DNA of 61,354 nt from an uncultured Bacteroidota bacterium (GTDB lineage: Bacteria; Bacteroidota; Bacteroidia; Bacteroidales; VadinHA17). Under the pieces are notes generated by a model that was not told where the DNA came from, did not search any database, and was given only the letters and a program-made list of their open reading frames with translations. The stretch lies in assembly GCA_937864815.1 (NCBI GenBank), contig CALMJY010000329.1, forward strand, positions 1-61,354. Reading direction: 5' to 3'. A program made the translations under genes and the position numbers. Positions 54,233 through 61,354 of the stretch are shown piece by piece; position 1 is the stretch's first letter; every line of letters starts with the position of its first letter.

Positions 54233-54567
54233 TTATTTCTCCTGTTATTTTTCCTGTCCTCCGAAGGAGTAAGTATAATATAAAGGTCTTCATCAGGCTT
54301 TTTCATCCTGTACTGCTCCCTGGCAAATTTTTCAAGGTTTTTATTATCAGTCTTGAGCTCATGTAATTTTTTCCTGTCGCTCTCAATACGATTAGTGAAA
54401 TACTCCTTGTCTTTTTTAAGCTTATGGAGTTCCCGCAGAGCTTTATACCTTGCTATAAGATTGTTCGAATCAAAAAGGGTGAGCCAGATAATAAAAATTA
54501 TGGCAGTCAGAATATATTTGTTTCTGAAAGCCTGAGGAATCTTGTCTATGATTTTAAACCTGGTCAT
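54229..54567 (-). CDS. ftsB: Septum formation initiator (FtsB/DivIC family)
   Basis: 112 aa. One TM helix followed by a coiled coil (…LRELHKLKKDKEYFTNRIESD…). Convergent, with a 4-nt overlap onto the GT2 gene. Confidence 0.65.
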   Translation of the reverse strand: MTRFKIIDKIPQAFRNKYILTAIIFIIWLTLFDSNNLIARYKALRELHKLKKDKEYFTNRIESDRKKLHELKTDNKNLEKFAREQYRMKKPDEDLYIILTPSEDRKNNRRNN

Positions 54568-54593
54568 TTCAGCGCAAACCTACAATTTTTTTT

Positions 54594-54797
54594 TCAACCG
54601 CCGCTCATCAGATAAAGCATCTGTACATTGTCGCCGTTCCGGATAATTGTGGTTTCATATGCATCCTTCGGTACCAGAATCCCGTTTATCTTTATAATTC
54701 TCATTCTGAAGGTAAATTTCTTAATGTCGAGCATTTCTGAAACACTCATTATTTCCTCCTCAAAATCTACCTCCCGGTTGTTCAGTAATATCCTCAT
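54594..54797 (-). CDS. thiS: ThiS/MoaD family sulfur-carrier protein
   Basis: 67 aa, ending ...LYLMSGG (C-terminal Gly-Gly). It lies 12 nt downstream of the ThiF-like gene. Confidence 0.75.
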   Translation of the reverse strand: MRILLNNREVDFEEEIMSVSEMLDIKKFTFRMRIIKINGILVPKDAYETTIIRNGDNVQMLYLMSGG

Positions 54798-54809
54798 ATC
54801 TGTTTTTCT

Positions 54810-55406
54810 TCAGTGTTCCTTTTTCATAAGTATTTCAAGTACAGTATCAGCCTGGAGGTTTGCCACAACACCTACCCTGGGTGCGAGAGGTGGCATATCA
54901 TCAGAAACTTCTGTGGTTTCATCACCGCAAACATATAGTGTTTCATCAATTTTTCTGCATCTGATGGATTCGCAGTTACCCCATCCCGCCAGACCTGATG
55001 CTACGACAACCGGTAGACCGGGCATTTTATTCTGAACAGTTTCAATCAGCATCTCCTTCATCTCTTTCCTGTCAAATGCTTCCACAATGACATCACATTC
55101 TCTGAAGATCTCAGGTATGTTCCCGGGTGAAATGAGTAAGTTATGTGAAATAACTCTAACATCCTTGTTTATCAATGATATATTGTCTTTAAGAGCTTCG
55201 GTTTTGAGTAATCCTATCTGGTTTAAAAAATAGTACTGGCGGCTGAGGTTCCCTTCTTCAACAACATCATAGTCTGCAATAACGAGTGTTCCTATACCGG
55301 TTCGTGCCAGGGCAACAGCACAATTGGATCCAAGTCCGCCTGCACCGGCAATGCCTACCCTGAAATTTCTCAGATGATCCCTGATGTTCTGGATTTTCAT
55401 CCCCAT
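54810..55406 (-). CDS. thiF: ThiF/MoeB-type E1-like adenylyltransferase (short form)
   Basis: 198 aa. Nucleotide-binding loop VGIAGAGGLGS, and DYDVVEEGNLSRQ. Confidence 0.8.
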   Translation of the reverse strand: MGMKIQNIRDHLRNFRVGIAGAGGLGSNCAVALARTGIGTLVIADYDVVEEGNLSRQYYFLNQIGLLKTEALKDNISLINKDVRVISHNLLISPGNIPEIFRECDVIVEAFDRKEMKEMLIETVQNKMPGLPVVVASGLAGWGNCESIRCRKIDETLYVCGDETTEVSDDMPPLAPRVGVVANLQADTVLEILMKKEH

Positions 55407-55516
55407 TTTTTTGTGAATATAAAGATAGATACAAAAAGGGGTTAAACAAAGGTACCAGTATTATATTGTGCCAAATGACATTGATTAATATCATTTTATA
55501 TATGATCAGGAATCTT

Positions 55517-55524
55517 TAAATTTG
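55517..55524 (+). promoter_or_regulatory. -7 promoter box (TAnnTTTG) for aor
   Basis: taaatttg. It overlaps the ORF-track TTG start at 55522 and lies 43 nt upstream of the ATG at 55567. Confidence 0.45.
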
Positions 55525-55566
55525 AATAGTATTTATTGTGAAAGGAATGGTCTAATAACCAGTTAT

Positions 55567-57720
55567 ATGGATTATAACTTATTGAAAGAACACCAAAAAT
55601 CCCTTAAAATATGGGAGTATAAATGGACTCCTCTGTACAGGGGATATACCGATAAGGTTCTTTATATAAATGTTGGTACATCTGAAATAAGGGAAAAGGA
55701 TGTTCCTCCGGAGATGAAAGAGAAATTTATAGGAGGCAAAGGTTACGGACTCAGGCTTCTCTGGGATGCCACCACTCCCCAGTCCAAATGGGATGATCCT
55801 GAGAATGAAATAATTATATCTTCCGGACCTATTGGCGGTATAACCCAGTATTCGGGTACAGGAAAATCACTGGTCGTGAGCATATCACCACAGACAAATT
55901 CTGCGATGGACAGCAATGTTGGAGGATATTTCGGCCCCTTCCTCAAGTTTTCAGGATTCGACGCCCTTGAACTTCAGGGTAAGGCTCAGAGTGATGTGAT
56001 CATCTTTATAGATGGTATAAACCATAAAGTCGAAATCCTTGAGGCCCATGACCTGATTTCAGACAGTCATATTCTTGCCGAACAGTTAACAGAAATGTTT
56101 GCTGATAACGAAAGCGAAAAGAAAATCATAGGTGTGGTTTCTTCAGGAATCGCTGCTGAAAAATCGCTTATAGGTATGCTGAACTTCAGCTTTTACGATC
56201 CAAAGAGAAAAAAGGTCCGTCTCAAACAGGCTGGTCGTGGTGGAATAGGAACTGTATTCTGCAATAAGAAGATAAAGGCAATTGTCTGCAAGATCCCGGG
56301 TGTAAAAGGTAATCTCAATAATGTGGTTGATCTTGAGGCAATTATGGAACGAGGCAGACGTTACAACAGGGAAATCAGGGAGCTCGACGATAAGCAATGC
56401 CAGATGAGACAGGTGGGAACCGCCCATCTCATGGAAATAATGAACGATCATGATCTTCTGCCAACTATGAACTACCAGTATGGCAGCCATAAAGATGCAT
56501 TCAGAATTGATTCAGGTGTATGGAAAAAGCACTTCACACAGAATATCCCCGACGGTTGCTGGATAGGCTGCAATATGTCATGCAGCAAGGGGGTAGATAA
56601 TTTCACAATAAGAACCGGCCCATATAAGGGTCAGGTTGTAACGGTTGACGGTCCTGAATATGAAAATGCATCCGGTCTTGGCTCAAATTGCGGGATTTTT
56701 GATTCCGGGTATATTATAGAGGCTAACTTCTATTGCGATACCTATGGAATATGCACAATAACCTGGGGCAATTTAACTGCATTCATTATGGAATGCTTCC
56801 AGCGGGGAATTTTAAATAAGGAACGGACAGGCGGTTTTGAAATCAGCTTCGGTGATGCTGATAATGCACTTGAACTGATGCATATGCTGGCACGAGGAGA
56901 AGGGTTTGGTTTAGTTGCAGGAATGGGGACCAGGAAAATGAAGGAATTGTTTATCAGAAATGGATGGGGTGATCCGGAACTGCTTTTTGACATAGCAATG
57001 GAAAACAAAGGGCTTGAATACTCACAATATATGTCAAAGGAATCTCTGGCCCAGCAGGGTGGGTATGCTATGACTAATAAGGGTCCCCAGCATGATGAAG
57101 CATGGCTGATCTTTATGGATATGGTTAATAACCAGATACCTACTTTCGAGAATAAAGCAGAGGCTTTACATTATTTCCCAATGTTCCGGACATGGTTCGG
57201 ACTTGTGGGATTATGTAAGCTGCCCTGGAACGATGTTGAACCTGAAAATAACGCGCAGACTGATGAACCTGCAAAGGTGCCCGAGCATGTTGATAATTAT
57301 GTTACTATATACAAAGCTGTTACAGGCAGGGAGTTCGACAAGTACAGGCTGGTACAGGATTCTGAAAGAGTTTACAACTTTCAGAGAGTATTCAACCTGA
57401 GAAGGGGATACGGAACCAGAATATATGACAGGCAGCCATACCGTGCAGCTGGCCCTGTTACAGTTGAGGAGTATGAATCAAGAGCAGAAAGATATGATAA
57501 ACAGCTGAAGGAGAAAGTTGGCTATGATCCTGAAGGAAAAACAACCAGGGAAAAAATGGCTGTACTCCGGAAATACAGGGAAGAACAGTATGAATCACTA
57601 CTTGATGCTGTTTACCTCCGCAGGGGATGGAATAAAAACGGAGTTCCAAAAATTGATTTTCTGAAAAAAATAGGGATGGATCTTCCGGAGGTTATTGATG
57701 TTGTAAAGGATTACCAGTAG
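55567..57720 (+). CDS. aor: Aldehyde:ferredoxin oxidoreductase family (tungstopterin) enzyme
   Basis: 717 aa from the ATG at 55567. AOR N-domain (GYTDKVLYINV..., GGKGYGLRLLWD), a Cys cluster CWIGCNMSC for the 4Fe-4S centre, and a long AOR C-domain. Confidence 0.88.
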   Translation: MDYNLLKEHQKSLKIWEYKWTPLYRGYTDKVLYINVGTSEIREKDVPPEMKEKFIGGKGYGLRLLWDATTPQSKWDDPENEIIISSGPIGGITQYSGTGKSLVVSISPQTNSAMDSNVGGYFGPFLKFSGFDALELQGKAQSDVIIFIDGINHKVEILEAHDLISDSHILAEQLTEMFADNESEKKIIGVVSSGIAAEKSLIGMLNFSFYDPKRKKVRLKQAGRGGIGTVFCNKKIKAIVCKIPGVKGNLNNVVDLEAIMERGRRYNREIRELDDKQCQMRQVGTAHLMEIMNDHDLLPTMNYQYGSHKDAFRIDSGVWKKHFTQNIPDGCWIGCNMSCSKGVDNFTIRTGPYKGQVVTVDGPEYENASGLGSNCGIFDSGYIIEANFYCDTYGICTITWGNLTAFIMECFQRGILNKERTGGFEISFGDADNALELMHMLARGEGFGLVAGMGTRKMKELFIRNGWGDPELLFDIAMENKGLEYSQYMSKESLAQQGGYAMTNKGPQHDEAWLIFMDMVNNQIPTFENKAEALHYFPMFRTWFGLVGLCKLPWNDVEPENNAQTDEPAKVPEHVDNYVTIYKAVTGREFDKYRLVQDSERVYNFQRVFNLRRGYGTRIYDRQPYRAAGPVTVEEYESRAERYDKQLKEKVGYDPEGKTTREKMAVLRKYREEQYESLLDAVYLRRGWNKNGVPKIDFLKKIGMDLPEVIDVVKDYQ

Positions 57721-57853
57721 GAGGTTGTCTCATAAGTTCGATTTTACCCCCAAACCCCCCAGGGGGGGCTTTCAAATCCACTGATTTTCAATAAGTCCCC
57801 CTTGGGGGATTTAGGGGTTGATGAAGAAAAAGAAGCCTATGAGACAGTCTCAA
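57721..57853 (+). repeat. GC-hairpin intergenic repeat, copy C
   Basis: It starts on the nucleotide after the aor stop. The outer inverted repeat is tgtctcata (57726-57734) / tatgagaca (57838-57846). Inner parts are gattttacccccaaaccccccagggggggctttcaaa and caataagt-[ccccc tt ggggg]-atttagggg. Confidence 0.8.
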
Positions 57854-57913
57854 ACAATTATCATTTTATTATTATTACCGGTTTTCCTTCTATGTTTATT
57901 CTGAATAAATTAT

Positions 57914-58462
57914 ATGAATACATACATTTCTTTTCTCCGGGGAGTCAATATGACCGGTCATAATTCGATAAAAATGACCGACTTGTCATTGCTTTATAAA
58001 AGACTGGGATACACTGAAAATAAAACCTACATACAGAGCGGTAATGTCATTTTTAAATCCAGAGGATTATTGACAGAAAAGGAAACAGCTCAGCAGATTG
58101 AAGCTGAGATATTAAGAAAATTCAGGTACTCTGTACCTGTTATGATCCGGAGTGTTATAGAGCTCAGGGGACTATTTGAAAAAAATCCATATCTTTCTGA
58201 ACCAGGTTTTGATGCTTCAAAAATGGCAGTTGTATTTCTTCATGATGAGGTCACAGATACACAGATGGAAATAATGAGAAATATCAGCTATCCTCCTGAT
58301 AAATATCAAATATCAGGCAGAGAGATATTTATCTATTGTCCGAATGGTTTTGGACGTACGAAATTGTATACAAACTTCTTCGAGGACAAAATGAAGGTTA
58401 CAGGTACTGCAAGAAACTGGAAAACAGTCACAACAATACTTGGTTTGGCTGAAGAATTCTGA
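57914..58462 (+). CDS. DUF1697 domain protein
   Basis: 182 aa. MNTYISFLRGVNMTGHNSIKM and SGNVIF are typical of DUF1697. Confidence 0.75.
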   Translation: MNTYISFLRGVNMTGHNSIKMTDLSLLYKRLGYTENKTYIQSGNVIFKSRGLLTEKETAQQIEAEILRKFRYSVPVMIRSVIELRGLFEKNPYLSEPGFDASKMAVVFLHDEVTDTQMEIMRNISYPPDKYQISGREIFIYCPNGFGRTKLYTNFFEDKMKVTGTARNWKTVTTILGLAEEF

Positions 58463-58464
58463 AT

Positions 58465-59430
58465 ATGAAAAGGATCACATTATTAATTGCAATAGTTTTA
58501 CTTGCAATCTCAGGATGCAGAAATTCGGGGACATCTGAAACAAAAGAAATTATTGTCTTTCATGCGGGAAGCCTTTCAGTACCTTTCAGAGAATTAAAGG
58601 ATAAATATGAAAAGGATAATACTGGCATAAAGATCCTTCTTGAGCCGGCAGGCAGCCTGGTATGTGCACGAAAGATAACAGAGCTTAAAAAGCCCTGTGA
58701 TATTATGGCCTCAGCTGATTATTTTGTTATAAATGAGCTTCTGATACCTGAATTTGCCGACTGGAGCATACGGTTTGCTACAAACGAAATTGTTATAGCA
58801 TACAGCGAAAAGGCAAAATATGCAAATGAGATAAATTCATCAAGCTGGATGGATATTTTATTGCGTGATGATGTACTTTACGGGCGCTCGGATCCTGATG
58901 CTGATCCCTGCGGATACAGATCAGTTCTGGCGATAATGCTTTCGGAGAAATATTATAAAATGCCAGGCCTGACTGAAAAGCTGATTCAAAAAAACAGGGA
59001 TTATATCAGGCCAAAGGAAGTTGATCTGGTTGCATTGATAGAAACAAATGCGATTGATTACATGTTTCAGTACAAGTCGGTGGCTATCCAGCATAACCTG
59101 AAATATATTGAACTTCCTGATGAGGTCAACCTTTCCGATCCTTCACATGAAGGTAATTATAGTTCTGTTTCCCTGAATGTAAGAGGAAACAAGCCTGATG
59201 AGAAAATAGAGGTCAGAGGTGAATATATTAATTACAGCATGACTATTCCCTTTAATGCACCAAATCATGATGCTGCTATAGATTTTATATCTTATATTCT
59301 CGGGAGCGACGGACTTGAGATCTTCAGGAAAAACGGACAGAATCCTTTAATACCTTTTTCAACACAACAACCTGACAGGATTCCTTCAGAATTAAGAAAG
59401 TTTCTGCCTGATTTAAAGGATATTAAATGA
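58465..59430 (+). CDS. wtpA: Tungstate/molybdate ABC transporter substrate-binding lipoprotein, WtpA type
   Basis: 321 aa. Lipobox ...ISGC, VFHAGSLSVPF, ASADY, and SDPDADPCGYR, as in archaeal-type WtpA. Confidence 0.78.
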   Translation: MKRITLLIAIVLLAISGCRNSGTSETKEIIVFHAGSLSVPFRELKDKYEKDNTGIKILLEPAGSLVCARKITELKKPCDIMASADYFVINELLIPEFADWSIRFATNEIVIAYSEKAKYANEINSSSWMDILLRDDVLYGRSDPDADPCGYRSVLAIMLSEKYYKMPGLTEKLIQKNRDYIRPKEVDLVALIETNAIDYMFQYKSVAIQHNLKYIELPDEVNLSDPSHEGNYSSVSLNVRGNKPDEKIEVRGEYINYSMTIPFNAPNHDAAIDFISYILGSDGLEIFRKNGQNPLIPFSTQQPDRIPSELRKFLPDLKDIK

Positions 59431-60239
59431 TGAACAGGTACGGTCCCTTTAACTGGATTCTTCTGATTCTATCCTCGCTGGTACTAATATTTCTTGTAGC
59501 ACCGCTGGTTGGGATGTTCATTGATACCAGCTCCTCAGATTTTTTCGAAACCGCCGAAGACCCTGAAGTACAGGCCAGCATCTGGCTCACTGTTTGGATT
59601 GCCTTTATTTCCACTCTGATTTGTGCAGTTGCAGCAGTGCCATTTGCCTGGATACTGGCCAGGAAATCGTTTCCTCTGAAAAGCATTGTACAGGGGATCA
59701 TTGATCTTCCGGTTGTCTTACCTCATACAGCTGCCGGTCTGGCTCTTCTTGGATTTATTTCACGCGATGGAGCACTTGGAAAAATTGCCTCTGCAGCAGG
59801 ACTAAACCTTGTCAATAATCCGGCAGGTATTGCCCTTGCTATGGCATTTGTAAGTCTGCCGTTTCTTATTAATTCAGCCCGTGATGGTTTTGCCGCAGTG
59901 CCCGAGCGGCTTGAAAAAGCTGCACTTAACCTGGGTGCCAGCTGGTCAAGGGTATTTTTCACCATTTCTCTTCCTCTGGCCTGGCGAAGTATTGTAAGCG
60001 GATTTGTTATGATGTTTGCAAGGGGGATGAGTGAATTTGGCGCAGTGGTGATAATCGCCTACCATCCTATGATAGCTCCGGTTCTGATATTTGACCGCTT
60101 CAGCTCCTTTGGTCTTAACTATGCAAGGCCGGCAGCAGTATTATTCATTATTGTGGCTCTGGCTGTTTTTACTCTTCTAAGACTTCTGTCCGAACGTAAA
60201 CCGGCTTATGTAGTAAGGGAGGAAAATGCTGAGGCTTAA
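59427..60239 (+). CDS. wtpB: Tungstate/molybdate ABC transporter permease
   Basis: 270 aa. Six TM segments with an EAA-like loop (…INSARDGFAAVPERLEKAALNLGAS…). ATGA overlap with wtpA. Confidence 0.78.
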   Translation: MMNRYGPFNWILLILSSLVLIFLVAPLVGMFIDTSSSDFFETAEDPEVQASIWLTVWIAFISTLICAVAAVPFAWILARKSFPLKSIVQGIIDLPVVLPHTAAGLALLGFISRDGALGKIASAAGLNLVNNPAGIALAMAFVSLPFLINSARDGFAAVPERLEKAALNLGASWSRVFFTISLPLAWRSIVSGFVMMFARGMSEFGAVVIIAYHPMIAPVLIFDRFSSFGLNYARPAAVLFIIVALAVFTLLRLLSERKPAYVVREENAEA

Positions 60240-61284
60240 ACATATTTCAAAAAAACTGGGTTCATTCCAGCTTGCCGATATCAGTATGGATATTCCTTCA
60301 GGCACTTATTATGTACTGCTTGGGCGTTCAGGATCAGGTAAAACACAGCTTCTTGAACTGATTGCAGGACTCAATAAGCCTGACTCGGGTGAGATATGGC
60401 TCAATGATGAAAATATTACACATAAAAGGATTCAGCAGAGGAAAGTAGGGCTCGTATTTCAGGATTATGCCATATTTCCCAATATGACGGTTTTCGGGAA
60501 TATTGCATTTTCACTGACGAAAGGGAAATATGACAGGAAGGCTGTCATGGAAAGAGTTACAAAAATTGCTTCCGAACTTAATATTCTGCATTTACTTGAT
60601 CGCAGTACACATCATTTATCTGGAGGAGAGATGCAGAGGGTTGCCCTGGCCAGGACACTAATGATTTCACCTGAACTTTTGCTGCTGGATGAACCAATGG
60701 CATCAATCGATGCAAGCCTGAAAGATGATATCAAGCGTTTGTTCAGGAGGCTGAACAGACAGGGACTGACAATTATTCATGTGACACATGATTACAGGGA
60801 GGCTGTCAGCCTTGCTTCAAGAGTAGGAGTAATACATAACGGAAAAATTATACAGGAGGGGACTCCGGATGAGGTTTTCAGGAAACCGGTAAACAGGTTT
60901 GTTGCCCGCTATGCAGGGATAAGAAATTTCTACAAGGTAAGATTCATTAATGAAAACGGTGTCTGGAAAGCTGTAAGTCATAATAATCTTTTATTCGTGC
61001 TGTCAGGAAATTCATATCCTGGTGAAGGGATGCTTATTCTTAGAAGTGATGATATTTTTATAAACTCTGAATCCCCTGGCAACCAATCAGTAAATACTTT
61101 CAAAGGAATAATTAAGGAGATACTTCCTTCAGAATACGGTGTGGAGATAACAGTTGATGCTGGTGATACTTTTTATATTGATATATCTGCCGATACATTT
61201 AAAAATCATTCTTTTAAAGAGTTGTCGGAAGTTTGGATTAATTTTGCTCCTGAGGCCGTGACAGCTCTTCAGGGAAATATATAG
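60226..61284 (+). CDS. wtpC: Tungstate/molybdate ABC transporter ATP-binding protein
   Basis: 352 aa. Walker A GRSGSGKT, signature LSGGEMQR, Walker B LLLLDEP, and a C-terminal TOBE-like regulatory domain. Confidence 0.8.
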   Translation: MLRLKHISKKLGSFQLADISMDIPSGTYYVLLGRSGSGKTQLLELIAGLNKPDSGEIWLNDENITHKRIQQRKVGLVFQDYAIFPNMTVFGNIAFSLTKGKYDRKAVMERVTKIASELNILHLLDRSTHHLSGGEMQRVALARTLMISPELLLLDEPMASIDASLKDDIKRLFRRLNRQGLTIIHVTHDYREAVSLASRVGVIHNGKIIQEGTPDEVFRKPVNRFVARYAGIRNFYKVRFINENGVWKAVSHNNLLFVLSGNSYPGEGMLILRSDDIFINSESPGNQSVNTFKGIIKEILPSEYGVEITVDAGDTFYIDISADTFKNHSFKELSEVWINFAPEAVTALQGNI

Positions 61285-61290
61285 GAAGAT

Positions 61291-61318
61291 ACAAGACACA
61301 AGACACAAGACACAAGGC
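61291..61318 (+). repeat. Heptamer tandem array (ACAAGAC x4)
   Basis: acaagac, acaagac, acaagac, acaaggc, beginning 7 nt after the wtpC stop. Confidence 0.85.
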
Positions 61319-61324
61319 AAAAGT

Positions 61325-61354
61325 ACCCTTTTGGATTCCCCCTTTGAAGGGGGC
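61325..61354 (-). repeat. Short GC-hairpin repeat variant, inverted and truncated by the window end
   Basis: gtacccttttggattccccctttgaaggggg resembles the reverse complement of 15561-15597 (gtacttaccccccttttaatttccccccaaaggg). Confidence 0.45.

Noticed and set aside
55522-55566. TTG start for aor given by the ORF track.
   Set aside because: A TAnnTTTG -7 box (55517-55524) overlaps that codon, so transcription probably starts downstream of it. The first ATG (55567) is 43 nt from the box, matching the spacing seen at other genes here.
55407-55566. TPP riboswitch (for thiF-thiS) or Moco/Wco riboswitch (for aor) in the divergent spacer; also checked upstream of wtpA (57854-58464).
   Set aside because: I could not find the conserved cores by eye, and the spacers are A/T-rich with no extended conserved stems. 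A covariance-model scan is needed to be sure.
1-61354. Search for tRNA, rRNA, tmRNA, RNase P or SRP RNA genes, transposases, integrases, toxin-antitoxin pairs, restriction-modification or other canonical defence systems.
   Set aside because: None recognised. Intergenic regions lack tRNA T-loop/acceptor signatures (GGTTCGAATCC-type), and no ORF shows DDE, tyrosine or serine recombinase, methyltransferase or Cas motifs. The only defence-like or mobile-like gene is the AAA-ATPase/PD-(D/E)xK protein reported above.

Overview
AT-rich chromosomal segment of a Bacteroidota genome, probably an anaerobic Bacteroidia-like organism. Supporting signs are TAnnTTTG -7 promoter boxes, uppS-bamA-skp-skp-murI synteny, a PorP/SprF gene next to a type-B T9SS cargo, KorAB and a tungsten-type AOR. 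I call about 62 tightly packed protein genes. Most are housekeeping: HU, RNase G, DsbD, Lnt, Hsp15-Pth-L25-Prs-EngB, ManA, Udk, PdxJ, NadK, UppS, BamA, two Skp, MurI, KorAB, FabD, FolE-QueD, MqnB-MqnD, SOD and proline dehydrogenase. I recognised no rRNA, tRNA, CRISPR array, transposase, integrase or phage gene. Eight things are not explained by ordinary gene content. (1) A family of structured GC-hairpin intergenic repeats has three long copies just after the stop codons of + strand genes (34674, 41777, 57721) and two short variants (15545, 61325). Compensatory base-pair changes between copies occur in two different stems. (2) Heptamer and 14-mer tandem arrays fill the spacers at 47966-48094 and 61291-61318. 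(3) An ECF sigma factor is followed by a protein with an anti-sigma-like N-terminus and membrane anchor, PKD domains and a type-B T9SS C-terminal domain, then its PorP/SprF partner. (4) A tungsten island holds AOR, WtpABC and a stand-alone ThiS/ThiF-like pair. (5) An AAA-ATPase/PD-(D/E)xK gene is bracketed by roughly 55-bp direct repeats. (6) An unannotated 29-codon Lys/Arg-rich ORF (bS22-like) lies between hup and rng. (7) A tightly coupled acyltransferase-SDR-VOC operon may encode an acyl-DHAP-type lipid route. (8) A 989-aa pseudo-REC/REC/PPDK_N-type protein has no obvious phosphohistidine swivel domain. I cannot point to one clear-cut novel multi-gene system; items 1, 3 and 4 are the best candidates. 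All functional calls come from motif and architecture recognition by eye. No database search or computation was run.
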